Below, in pieces: positions 12,701 through 23,535 of a stretch of DNA of 64,000 nt. Both the position numbers and the translations under genes were made by a program. A model generated the notes under the pieces. It was not told where the DNA came from. It worked only from the letters and a program-made list of their open reading frames with translations, and ran no database searches. The DNA comes from Eledone cirrhosa (lineage: Eukaryota): positions 2,914,001 to 2,978,000 of the forward strand of contig OZ024745.1 in NCBI GenBank assembly GCA_964016885.1, in the 5' to 3' direction. Each line of letters starts with the position of its first letter. The first letter of the stretch is position 1.

Positions 12701-15700
12701 GTAACATAAAGACAGAAGACAGAGTATAATAGGGTAACATAAAGACAGAAGGGAGAGTATAATAGGGTAACATAAAGACAGAAGGGAGAGTATAATAGGG
12801 TAACATAAAGACAGAAGAGAGAGTATAATAGGGTAACATAAAGACAGAAGGGAGAGTATAATAGGGTAACATAAAGACAGAAGGGAGAGTATAATAGGGT
12901 AACATAAAGACAGAAGGGAGAGTATAATAGGGTAACATAAAGACAGAAGAGAGAGTATAATAGGGTAACATAAAGACAGAAGAGAGAGTATAATAGGGTA
13001 ACATAAAGACAGAAGAGAGAGTATAATAGGGTAACATAAAGACAGAAGAGAGAGTATAATAGGGTAACATAAAGACAGAAGACAGAGTATAATAGGGATA
13101 CATAAAGACAGAAGACAGAGTATAATAGGGTAACATAAAGACAGAAGGGAGAGTATAATAGGGTAACATAAAGACAGAAGAGAGAGTATAATAGGGTAAC
13201 ATAAAGACAGAAGAGAGAGTATAATAGGGTAACATAAAGACAGAAGAGAGAGTATAATAGGGTAACATAAAGACAGAAGACAGAGTATAATAGGGTAACA
13301 TAAAGACAGAAGACAGAGTATAATAGGGTAACATAAAGACAGAAGGGAGAGTATAATAGGGTAACATAAAGACAGAAGAGAGAGTATAATAGGGTAACAT
13401 AAAGACAGAAGACAGAGTATAATAGGGTAACATAAAGACAGAAGGGAGAGTATAATAGGGTAACATAAAGACAGAAGGGAGAGTATAATAGGGTAACATA
13501 AAGACAGAAGAGAGAGTATAATAGGGTAACATAAAGACAGAAGAGAGAGTATAATAGGGTAACATAAAGACAGAAGACAGAGTATAATAGGGTAACATAA
13601 AGACAGAAGAGAGAGTATAATAGGGTAACATAAAGACAGAAGACAGAGTATAATAGGGTAACATAAAGACAGAATAGAGAGTATAATAGGGTAACATAAA
13701 GACAGAAGACAGAGTATAATAGGGTAACATAAAGACAGAAGAGAGAGTATAATAGGGTAACATAAAGACAGAAGGGAGAGTATAATAGGGTAACATAAAG
13801 ACAGAAGGGAGAGTATAATAGGGTAACATAAAGACAGAAGGGAGAGTATAATAGGGTAACATAAAGACAGAAGGGAGAGTATAATAGGGTAACATAAAGA
13901 CAGAAGGGAGCGTATAATAGGGTAACATAAAGACAGAAGGGAGAGTATAATAGGGTAACATAAAGACAGAAGAGAGAGTATAATAGGGTAACATAAAGAC
14001 AGAAGGGAGCGTATAATAGGGTAACATAAAGACAGAAGGGAGAGTATAATAGGGTAACATAAAGACAGAAGAGAGAGTATAATAGGGTAACATAAAGACA
14101 GAAGGGAGCGTATAATAGGGTAACATAAAGACAGAAGAGAGAGTATAATAGGGTAACATAAAGACAGAAGAGAGAGTATAATAGGGTAACATAAAGACAG
14201 AAGGGAGAGTATAATAGGGTAACATAAAGACAGAAGAGAGAGTATAATAGGGTAACATAAAGACAGAAGAGAGAGTATAATAGGGTAACATAAAGACAGA
14301 AGGGAGAGTATAATAGGGTAACATAAAGACAGAAGAGAGAGTATAATAGGGTAACATAAAGACAGAAGGGAGAGTATAATAGGGTAACATAAAGACAGAA
14401 GAGAGAGTATAATAGGGTAACATAAAGACAGAAGGGAGAGTATAATAGGGTAACATAAAGACAGAAGAGAGAGTATAATAGGGTAACATAAAGACAGAAG
14501 GGAGAGTATAATAGGGTAACATAAAGACAGAAGGGAGAGTATAATAGGGTAACATAAAGACAGAAGAGAGAGTATAATAGGGTAACATAAAGACAGAAGG
14601 GAGCGTATAATAGGGTAACATAAAGACAGAAGAGAGAGTATAATAGGGTAACATAAAGACAGAAGAGAGAGTATAATAGGGTAACATAAAGACAGAAGGG
14701 AGCGTATAATAGGGTAACATAAAGACAGAAGAGAGAGTATAATAGGGTAACATAAAGACAGAAGAGAGAGTATAATAGGGTAACATAAAGACAGAAGGGA
14801 GAGTATAATAGGGTAACATAAAGACAGAAGAGAGAGTATAATAGGGTAACATAAAGACAGAAGGGAGAGTATAATAGGGTAACATAAAGACAGAAGAGAG
14901 AGTATAATAGGGTAACATAAAGACAGAAGGGAGAGTATAATAGGGTAACATAAAGACAGAAGGGAGAGTATAATAGGGTAACATAAAGACAGAAGAGAGA
15001 GTATAATAGGGTAACATAAAGACAGAAGGGAGCGTATAATAGGGTAACATAAAGACAGAAGAGAGAGTATAATAGGGTAACATAAAGACAGAAGAGAGAG
15101 TATAATAGGGTAACATAAAGACAGAAGAGAGAGTATAATAGGGTAACATAAAGACAGAAGGGAGAGTATAATAGGGTAACATAAAGACAGAAGAGAGAGT
15201 ATAATAGGGTAACATAAAGACAGAAGGGAGAGTATAATAGGGTAACATAAAGACAGAAGGGAGAGTATAATAGGGTAACATAAAGACAGAAGAGAGAGTA
15301 TAATAGGGTAACATAAAGACAGAAGGGAGCGTATAATAGGGTAACATAAAGACAGAAGAGAGAGTATAATAGGGTAACATAAAGACAGAAGAGAGAGTAT
15401 AATAGGGTAACATAAAGACAGAAGAGAGAGTATAATAGGGTAACATAAAGACAGAAGGGAGAGTATAATAGGGTAACATAAAGACAGAAGAGAGAGTATA
15501 ATAGGGTAACATAAAGACAGAAGGGAGAGTATAATAGGGTAACATAAAGACAGAAGAGAGAGTATAATAGGGTAACATAAAGACAGAAGACAGAGTATAA
15601 TAGGGTAACATAAAGACAGAAGGGAGCGTATAATAGGGTAACATAAAGACAGAAGAGAGAGTATAATAGGGTAACATAAAGACAGAAGAGAGAGTATAAT

Positions 15701-16765
15701 AGGGTAACATAAAGACAGAAGGGAGAGTATAATAGGGTAACATAAAGACAGAAGGGAGCGTATAATAGGGTAACATAAAGACAGAAGGGAGCGTATAATA
15801 GGGTAACATAAAGACAGAAGAGAGAGTATAATAGGGTAACATAAAGACAGAAGAGAGAGTATAATAGGGTAACATAAAGACAGAAGGGAGCGTATAATAG
15901 GGTAACATAAAGACAGAAGAGAGAGTATAATAGGGTAACATAAAGACAGAAGAGAGAGTATAATAGGGTAACATAAAGACAGAAGAGAGAGTATAATAGG
16001 GTAACATAAAGACAGAAGGGAGAGTATAATAGGGTAACATAAAGACAGAAGAGAGAGTATAATAGGGTAACATAAAGACAGAAGAGAGAGTATAATAGGG
16101 TAACATAAAGACAGAAGGGAGAGTATAATAGGGTAACATAAAGACAGAAGAGAGAGTATAATAGGGTAACATAAAGACAGAAGGGAGAGTATAATAGGGT
16201 AACATAAAGACAGAAGAGAGTATAATAGGGTAACATAAAGACAGAAGGGAGAGTATAATAGGGTAACATAAAGACAGAAGAGAGTATAATAGGGTAACAT
16301 AAAGACAGAAGGGAGAGTATAATAGGGTAACATAAAGACAGAAGAGAGAGTATAATAGGGTAACATAAAGACAGAAGAGAGAGTATAATAGGGTAACATA
16401 AAGACAGAAGAGAGAGTATAATAGGGTAACATAAAGACAGAAGAGAGAGTATAATAGGGTAACATAAAGACAGAAGAGAGAGTATAATAGGGTAACATAA
16501 AGACAGAAGAGAGTATAATAGGGTAACATAAAGACAGAAGAGAGTATAATAGGGTAACATAAAGACAGAAGGGAGAGTATAATAGGGTAACATAAAGACA
16601 GAAGAGAGTATAATAGGGTAACATAAAGACAGAAGAGAGAGTATAATAGGGTAACATAAAGACAGAAGAGAGTATAATAGGGTAACATAAAGACAGAAGA
16701 GAGTATAATAGGGTAACATAAAGACAGAAGAGAGTATTTGAAGATCTCTTGATAATAGGGTAACA
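6783..16765. repeat. 33-bp tandem array, about 300 copies, consensus GGGTAACATAAAGACAGAAGAGAGAGTATAATA
   Basis: Directly visible and very homogeneous. Variation is nearly confined to the AGAGAG hexamer. The last unit is interrupted at 16738-16751. Confidence 0.98.
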
Positions 16766-16869
16766 ATCTTCTCTTTTTTTTTTCTTTGTAAGATTAAAGA
16801 AAATACGATTAAGAATATCTCACCTAAGTGTAATAATCTATTCACACACTTTTTTTTAATTAATTCAAA

Positions 16870-18195
16870 GAGACATGGAAAGCGTTTTATACCCTCTGGT
16901 GGCTGATATTGTCTGGGTCTGTGAAACTGCTTCGCCCTCGCGATACTCCTCGTCACGTTGCGCGATACTCTTTGTCAACCTCTAGCAGATCACCTGGTCA
17001 AATTCGATGCCACCATCCGACGCTGTGCTGAACTCATATGCAATGTTAGTTTCGACAGTGCCGGTAGAGGAAACACCCTGGGAAATTCGGTGACCTCAGC
17101 CTCCAATCCACTTCAGACTTGCCGCTGTCGGCCTATCTCTCCCCAAGCCGCACCCTCATTAGCAAGGTCCTCTACAAGACAGCATAAATTGACGAGGCCC
17201 GAGAACTGGAGTCAGCTCTGACCTAGTAGACCAACTAAGATGTCCAATGTAAATGGGATGACATCAAATGTAGGTCTTCCTTCAGAAAGTCTTTCTTGGA
17301 GCTACACTGCCTTGCATGCCTCCGCTACACCTCACAATCAAACAGCGCCACGTGGCTCAATTCGATGTTCTCAACAATAACTGGTACCCTCCTTGATGGT
17401 AAGCGTACTCTCGTTGGAGCAGCTCTGCACCTCGCCTTGTGGGGTTGCTGTTGACAAGTTCGGCCTGCACCGTTATCCTGCCAACATGTCGCTCTGAACG
17501 ACATCCTCATGAGGAATCTTGACGCAGCTGGCTTATCGTCGCAACTGGAGCCAGCTGGCCTCGACTGTAGCGATAGTAAGGGCCCCAACGGATTAACCGT
17601 CTTCCCATTCGAGGGAGGTAAATCCCTAATCTGGGACACTCGTTCTTTGCCTCCAACCTTGTCGCTTCTACCGCAAACCCCGCCACCGTCGTCCGCAGTG
17701 AGAAAGCTAAACAAATACTGAGGTTTGACTGACCACTTCCATTTCGTATTGGTCGCCGTCCAGACCTCTTCTATCTATGGTCCTCCCGTCCAGACCTCTT
17801 CTATCTATCCCCCCCCCCCCATCGAAACCTCTTCTATCTATCGTGCCCCCGTCTAGACCTCTTCTATCAATAGTCCCCCCGTCCAGACCTCTTCTATCTA
17901 TGGTCCCCCAGTCCAAACCTCTTCTATCTATAGTCCCCCAGTCCAGACCTCTTCTATCTATGGTCCCCCAGTCCAAACCTCTTCTATCTATAGTTCCCCG
18001 TCCAGACCTCTTCTATCTATAGTCCCCCCGTCCAGACCTCTTCTATCTATAGTCCCCCCGTCCAGACCTCTTCTATCTATGGTCCCCGCATTGTTGATTT
18101 CCACCGTAAAATCGACAAGATATCGGCCCACCTGAAGAAGGAGCTCCGTGGGGTGGCTGTAGCAATCTCTTCGCCATTTTGTCTGCAGGGCACAA
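16870..18195 (+). mobile_element. Decayed, 5'-truncated CRE-like non-LTR retrotransposon (post-RT region, zinc-knuckle remnant, restriction-like endonuclease)
   Basis: GC-richer island. Fragments across frameshifts: NCFALAILLVTLR, FDATIRRCAELICNVSFD, SATWLNSMFSTITGTLLD, HVALNDILMRNL..LEPAGLDCSDSKGPNGLTVFPFEGGKSLIWD (compare EPxGLxRxDGKRPDG..WD), RKLNKY*GLTDHFHFVLVAVQTSSIYGP. Confidence 0.75.
17758..18087. repeat. 30-bp minisatellite, about 11 copies (GTCCAGACCTCTTCTATCTATGGTCCCCCC-like), nested in the CRE-like element
   Basis: Units start near 17758, 17788, 17821, 17851, 17881, 17911, 17941, 17971, 18000, 18030 and 18060. Confidence 0.95.
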
Positions 18196-18565
18196 CCGAA
18201 TCACCGCTCAGCCTGGGGTGTAGAGTATATCCCTCCCCCAACTTCTTTCGTTACTTAATTCTCTTTTTTACTTTTTCTTTCCCTGTCTTTCTTTCTTTGT
18301 TTTTTGTTTTATTTAAATATTATTATATTTAATTGTAAATATTATTATTTAACTATTTAGTTTCCGACAATGAAACCATATCTCCAAGAATCTCCTCGGT
18401 CTTATGGCGGTCTTTATTTTAAAGACACGTGTTTAGAAATGGAATATACTCTTGCTCCTGGCTTGTATATATGGTGCATGGTTTGATGGGCATTTGGCTG
18501 TTGTTTCTAGCAGGTCGTACAAATACGCAGAGGCTCCCTCGTTGGTTCGTGCGTTGTTACATATA

Positions 18566-18947
18566 CTAGCAGAAAAACCACCCTTCGGGTGGTTTTCTGC
18601 TAGCACGTGTAGTGTGTATATTGATATTATACGCAAGTATATATATACATGTAGATATGATACATCAAATAAAATCGTAATTGACAATATACACAGAAAT
18701 TGAACGAAGACTGCGTTACACTGTCTTCTGTAATCAGTAAAGTAATCCATGATACATTAAAAAAGACGATATTATATATAAACTGGATTAGGAGAAAATT
18801 AGTGACGGAAATATATGAATGTTTATTTAAGCGATCGCCAACCGGAAGTGTTGACATTTGAAAATTTTAAAGAAGTGAATTTTAAAATAAACAACAAAAT
18901 TATTTATATTTAATCAAGAATAACGAAATTTAGTAGATAAATTATGT
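18566..18947 (-). mobile_element. Non-autonomous Helitron-like element, copy 2 (inverted relative to copy 1)
   Basis: Reverse complement aligns to 5247-5621, with the same terminal hairpin and CTAG|T end. Confidence 0.6.
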
Positions 18948-18975
18948 CATATTCATTCATTATTTATTCAAAGTA

Positions 18976-19160
18976 TTGGATTGGCAGTATTGGTAGAGTG
19001 TCGGATGCCATGCTTTGGCGCATAGAGTTACGGCCCTTGCCATTCTGAGTTCAAATCCCGCCGAGGTTAACTTTGCCTTTCATCCTTACGGGGTCGATAA
19101 AATAAAGTACCAGTAATACAATAGGTAATTGCTGGCCTTGTGCCAAAAGTAGAAACAATT
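18976..19160 (+). mobile_element. Family 1 SINE flanked by a 17-bp direct repeat
   Basis: A box TGGCAGTATTGG and B box GTTCAAATCC. ATTATTTATTCAAAGTA occurs at 18959-18975 and 19158-19174. Confidence 0.85.
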
Positions 19161-19229
19161 ATTTATTCAAAGTAATCCAACTTATTTTACAAACGGGATA
19201 AAATAATATATTCTGGACGCAGTCCCGCA

Positions 19230-19455
19230 TATCCTTCCAAGGTCGATAAAATAAAGTACCAGTCAAATACTGGGGATTGATATAATCGACTCTGCCCCTC
19301 CCACCACCCTTAAATTGTTCACCTTGTAATCTGTATTAAGAATATTCGCCAAGGTCAACTTTACCTTTCATCCTACCAAGATCGTTAAAATAGTTTACAA
19401 TTCAAACAATTGGATCAATATAATCCACTTAACTCTCCACTTAAAATTACTGAAC
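19230..19455 (+). mobile_element. Two older family 1 SINE fragments
   Basis: GTCGATAAAATAAAGTACCAGT near 19242 and CGCCAAGGTCAACTTTACCTTTCATCC near 19347. Confidence 0.65.
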
Positions 19456-19574
19456 CTTTTTATTTATTTATTGTTTTTTTTATTGTTTTATTTATTTATT
19501 TGTTTATTTATTTATTTATTAGTTTTCTGTGATTAACAGACAAAATTATATTCCCAAGTATAAAATATCCAGAT

Positions 19575-20092
19575 AATGGCACAAGGTCAACAAATTTGGG
19601 GTGGGTGGGGGAAAAGTCGATTAAATCAACGCTAGTGCATGACTGGTACAAACCTCGGCGAGATTTGAACTTAGAACGTAAAGGGCCGTAACTTTATGCC
19701 GTAAAGCATATTGTCCGACGTTCTACCGATACTGGAAATCCAGCGCACTAGATTTGAATATGGAAATAATTGTTTATACTTTTGGCACAAGGCCATCTCA
19801 GTGTATTACTGGTACTTTATTTTATCAACCCCGTAAGGATGAAAGGTAAAGTTAACCTCGGCGGGATTTGAGCTCAAATCATAAAGGGACGTAACTCTAT
19901 GCTACAAAGCATGGCGTCCGACCCTCTACCAATACTGCCAATCCACGGAAATAATGGTTTCTTATTTAGGCACAAAGCCAGCAATTTTGGGGGAGGGGAA
20001 AGTCGATTAAATGGACCCAAGTGCATTACTGGTACTTTATTTTATCAACCCCGTAAGGATGAAAGGTAAAGTTAACCTCGGCGGGATTTGAA
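19575..20092 (-). mobile_element. Three consecutive minus-strand family 1 SINEs (about 19575-19745, 19766-19946 and 19950-20092)
   Basis: Each carries AACCTCGGCG(A/G)GATTTGA and a GGCACAA tail. GGAAATAAT flanks the middle copy at 19762 and 19947. Confidence 0.8.
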
Positions 20093-20127
20093 CACGAATT
20101 AACTATTGGCATTTTTTCTATCGATTA

Positions 20128-20350
20128 GGACGGTGGATTGACAGAGAGGGTCCGGGGCGGGGGCATGCTTTGCAGCATAGAGTTACGGCCCTTTATGATC
20201 TGAGTTCAAATCCCGCCGAGGTTAAATTTGCCTTTCATCCTTACAGGGTTGATAAAATAAAGTACCAGTAATGTACTGGAGTTAATTTAATCGACTTCAC
20301 CCTCCCCTCACAAAATGGTTGGCTTTGTGCCTAACTCAGAAACTGTTATT
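20128..20350 (+). mobile_element. Family 1 SINE, long variant keeping the TTAATCGACTTCACCCTCCCC segment
   Basis: Head GGACGGTGGATTG, B box GTTCAAATCC, tail GGCTTTGTGCCTAACTCAGAAAC. Confidence 0.85.
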
Positions 20351-20357
20351 TTAAGTA

Positions 20358-20360
<3 letters not shown>

Positions 20361-20413
<53 letters not shown>

Positions 20414-21222
20414 GTGTGACAGTATGACAGTGTGTGTGTGTGTGCATGTGTGTATATGTGTGTGTGAGAGAGAGAGTGTGTGTGTATGTGTGTGAGTGTG
20501 AGAGTGTGTGTGTGAGAGAGAGTGTGTGTGTGTGAGTGTGCGTGTGAGAGAGAGGAGAGAGAGAGTGTGTGTTTGTGTTAGTGTGTGTGTGTGTGTGTGC
20601 GTGTGTTAGTGTGTGCGTTAGTGTGTGTGCGTGTGTTAGTGTGTGCGTTAGTGTGTGTGTGTGTGAGTGTGTGCGTTGGCGGTGAAAAGATCAGTAGTAG
20701 CAGACGTGTGGTGGAAGTGAGAGTGAGGCTTGAATATTTTAAAACAAAGCTCAAACTCGACCTACTTTCCTGGATAGGTTGACAGTAGACATGCATGTGT
20801 GTGTCTGTGTGTCTGTGTGTGTCTGTGTGTGTGTGTCTGTGTGTCTGTGTGTATGTGTGTGTGTGTCTGTATCTGTGTGTGTATGTGTGTGTGTCTGTGT
20901 GTGTCTGTGTGTGTCTGTGTGTCTCTGTGTGTCTGTGGGTCTCTGTGTGTGTCTGTGTGTGTGTGTGTCTGTGTGTGTCTGTATGTATCTGCATGCATGT
21001 GGGTGTGGGTGTCTGCATGCGTATGTGTCTGTGTGTGTCTGTGTGTCAGTGTCTCTGTGTGTATTTGTATGTATGTATATATGTATGAATGGACAAGTGG
21101 ATGTGTGTTTTTATGTGTGTATGTATGTACAAGTGTATGTGTGTATGTATGTATGTATGTATGTATGTATGTATGTATGTATATATGTATGTACAAGTGC
21201 ATGTATATATGTATGTATGTAT
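20361..21222. repeat. Compound microsatellite region: (TG)n, (GA)n, (TGTC)-type and (GTAT)n
   Basis: Directly visible, with a short unique interruption at about 20675-20790. Confidence 0.95.
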
Positions 21223-21648
21223 ATTCTTCTGGTTTTATAATTTCACAAAGTTTTACCAATAGAGAGAGAGTCGGTTTCTAACATAGACACAAGACTCTCT
21301 CAGTGGAATTTACACAACATCAACTAGGTAGATATGTCTGTATGTCTGCATGTGTAGATATGGATGTTATTGTATGTGTGGATGTGTATGTTTTGAGTTG
21401 TATGTGTGCATGTGTATATGCTTTGCATCTGTACATGTGTATATGCAGTTATTAGATGCCAATTTTTTGGAATGTTTTACATATTTTTACTATTCCATTA
21501 ATGGATTGTACTTGTAATTTCCTAACTAGTTGTGTTCTTTCTGTTCCTGTGTAGCCCAGCTTCTCAAGATTTGTATTGAGGCAGTTACTAACATACCCCA
21601 ATGCCCCAATAATCACAGGCATAAATCTGAAGGTGTAATCAGGGTGGA
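21223..21648 (-). mobile_element. 3' end of an R4/Dong-like RLE non-LTR retrotransposon (ORF C-terminus plus 3' UTR)
   Basis: LHPDYTFRFMPVIIGALGYVSNCLNTNLEKLG..RKLQVQSINGIVKICKTF* matches the P(I/V)xIGALG...LQ C-terminal signature. Stop at 21452-21454, UTR to about 21223. Confidence 0.7.
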
Positions 21649-22049
21649 GTATGTATGTATGTATGTATGTATGTATGTATGTATGTATGTATGTATGTAT
21701 GTATGTATGTATGTATGTATGTATGGACATGTGTATGTATATATGTATGTATGTATGTATTTATGCATGTCTGCATGTTTGTATGTATGTATGGACATGT
21801 GTATATATATAGGTATGTATGTATGTGTATGTATGGACATGTGTGTATGTATGTGTGTATGTATGTGTATGTATGTGTGTATGTATGTATGGACATGTGT
21901 ATCTATGTATGTATGTATGTATGTATGGACATGTGTATGTATGTATGTATGTATGTATGTATGTATGTATGTATGCATGCATGTATGTATGTATGTATGT
22001 ATGTATGTATGCATGCATGTATGTATGTATGTATGTATGTATGGACATG

Positions 22050-22081
<32 letters not shown>

Positions 22082-22230
22082 TGTATGTATGTATGCATGC
22101 ATGTATGTATGTATGTATGTATGTATGGACATGTGTATGTATGTATGTGTGTATGTATGTGTATGTATGTATGTATGTATGTATGGACATGTATATGTAT
22201 GTATATATGTATGTATGTATATGTATATGT
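21649..22230. repeat. (GTAT)n microsatellite with recurrent GGACATGT and GCATGCAT interruptions
   Basis: Directly visible. Confidence 0.95.
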
Positions 22231-22494
22231 AAACGTTTTCCACAAAATATATTAATTAGACGAGAAAGAGGGAGAGGTAAGAGGTAAGCTGTGACTCAGA
22301 GAAAATATTGGTGGTGGGGGTAGTGAGAAAGAAAAGAATAGGTGTGGGAAGAGAGAGAGGTGGGGGGGATGAAAAGAAAGAAAAGCGAATGCCTTGGAGA
22401 GCGTACAGGCAAGAAAAGATGAGAAAGTTATTTGAATTTGAAATGAAATATAATTATCTAATCATTTTCTGGAAGAAAATAGTTTTAAAATAAT

Positions 22495-22680
22495 TGTTTC
22501 TACTTTTGGCACAAGGCCAGCAATTACCCAGTGTATTACTGGTACTTTATTTTATCGACCCCGTAAGGATGAAAGGCAAAGTTAACCTCCGCGGGATTTG
22601 AACTCAGAATGGCAAGGGCCGTAACTCTATGCGTCAAAGCATGGCGACCGACCCTCTACCGATACTGCCAATCCACTGCC
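22495..22680 (-). mobile_element. Family 1 SINE flanked by a 43/44-bp direct repeat
   Basis: Intact A and B boxes. AATTATCTAAT(C/A)ATTTTCTGGAAGAAAA(A)TAGTTTTAAAATAAT occurs at 22452-22494 and 22681-22724. Confidence 0.88.
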
Positions 22681-22924
22681 AATTATCTAATAATTTTCTG
22701 GAAGAAAAATAGTTTTAAAATAATGAAAGAAAAACTAAAATGATTGCACTGTAAAAATGTCCTCATCCGATATATTTAGGTTTAAATATGGTCTTAGGAA
22801 GTTGTTAGGACCTATAAGTACAACTGATGATCCTGTATATATATATAGAGAGAGAGAGAGAGAGGGGGGTGAGAGAGAGAGAAAGAGACAAAGAGAGAGA
22901 GGGAGAGAGTCTAAAGTCTGTCTC

Positions 22925-23120
22925 AAACAAGGAGGCTCATCAAACCGGTTCTTACACCGGTTTCCGTGGCGTGAAGCGACTAAGACTACAAGACTTCCCC
23001 CTGGTTAAACCTCCAGCTATTACTGGTACTCATTGTCAGCTGAGTATACTGGAACAACGTGAAATGAAGTGTTTTGCTCAAGAACTCAAAACAATACAAT
23101 CCAGTCCATGAACCCAGGAC
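22925..23120 (-). mobile_element. Family 2 SINE, decayed copy
   Basis: GGAGGCTCATCA, GGTTTCCGTG and GTGAAATGAAGTGTTTTGCTCAAGAAC are reverse complements of motifs in 5929-6190. Confidence 0.75.
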
Positions 23121-23177
23121 ATTATGAAAAATTCGGAGTTTGGTGTAGATGTTTCAAAATCCTTCATTAATAAAGCC

Positions 23178-23254
23178 ATGATACATATTTCAATCGCGAT
23201 CACGGCTACGTAATCGAATGACTACGTAGCCAGTCTCACTACATCATCAGACAT
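23178..23254 (-). ncRNA. Degenerate type I hammerhead ribozyme motif with a long stem II
   Basis: Minus strand: ATGT-CTGATGA-T..GGCTACGTAGTC-ATTC-GATTACGTAGCC..T-GAAA-TAT-GTA-TCAT. Core intact, 12-bp hairpin inside stem II, stems I and III weak. Confidence 0.5.
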
Positions 23255-23316
23255 CATCCTATGTAATAAGGTTGTTTCCGAGATAATCCAATCTAAAAAC
23301 AGGAGAACGGACAGAT

Positions 23317-23318
<2 letters not shown>

Positions 23319-23355
<37 letters not shown>
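23319..23355. repeat. (TA)n microsatellite
   Basis: Directly visible. Confidence 0.95.
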
Positions 23356-23357
<2 letters not shown>

Positions 23358-23457
23358 TACTGAAATTTCCGTTGAAAACAGAAAAGGTCATAGAAGTGAA
23401 GAGTGCTCTATGTAAGTATCAGAGCAAAATTTAATGTATAAAAATCAATACAATATA

Positions 23458-23535
23458 ATTACCTCATTACCAGAGGTTTCCCGAATGAGGCGAATACGAA
23501 AGAAACGTCTTCATTCGTTCGTCAGACGAGGCAAT
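23458..23535 (-). ncRNA. Type I hammerhead ribozyme motif, mirror copy in the left palindrome arm
   Basis: Reverse complement of 24584-24661. Confidence 0.7.

Noticed and set aside
6783-16737. CRISPR array (33-bp period)
   Set aside because: No unique spacers, no cas genes, and a eukaryotic context. The same applies to the 47-bp array.
6783-16737. Telomeric repeat (TAGGG in each unit)
   Set aside because: Only ATAGGGT once per 33 bp, with no TTAGGG runs.
6695-16956. Three ORFs of over 3,300 aa as real genes
   Set aside because: They are translations of a 33-bp repeat lacking stop codons on one strand, and frequent frameshifting monomers show no frame constraint.
20578-22287. His/Thr/Tyr-rich and Cys/Val/Met-rich ORFs
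   Set aside because: Microsatellite translations. Only the minus-strand segment 21452-21648 is real retroelement coding sequence.
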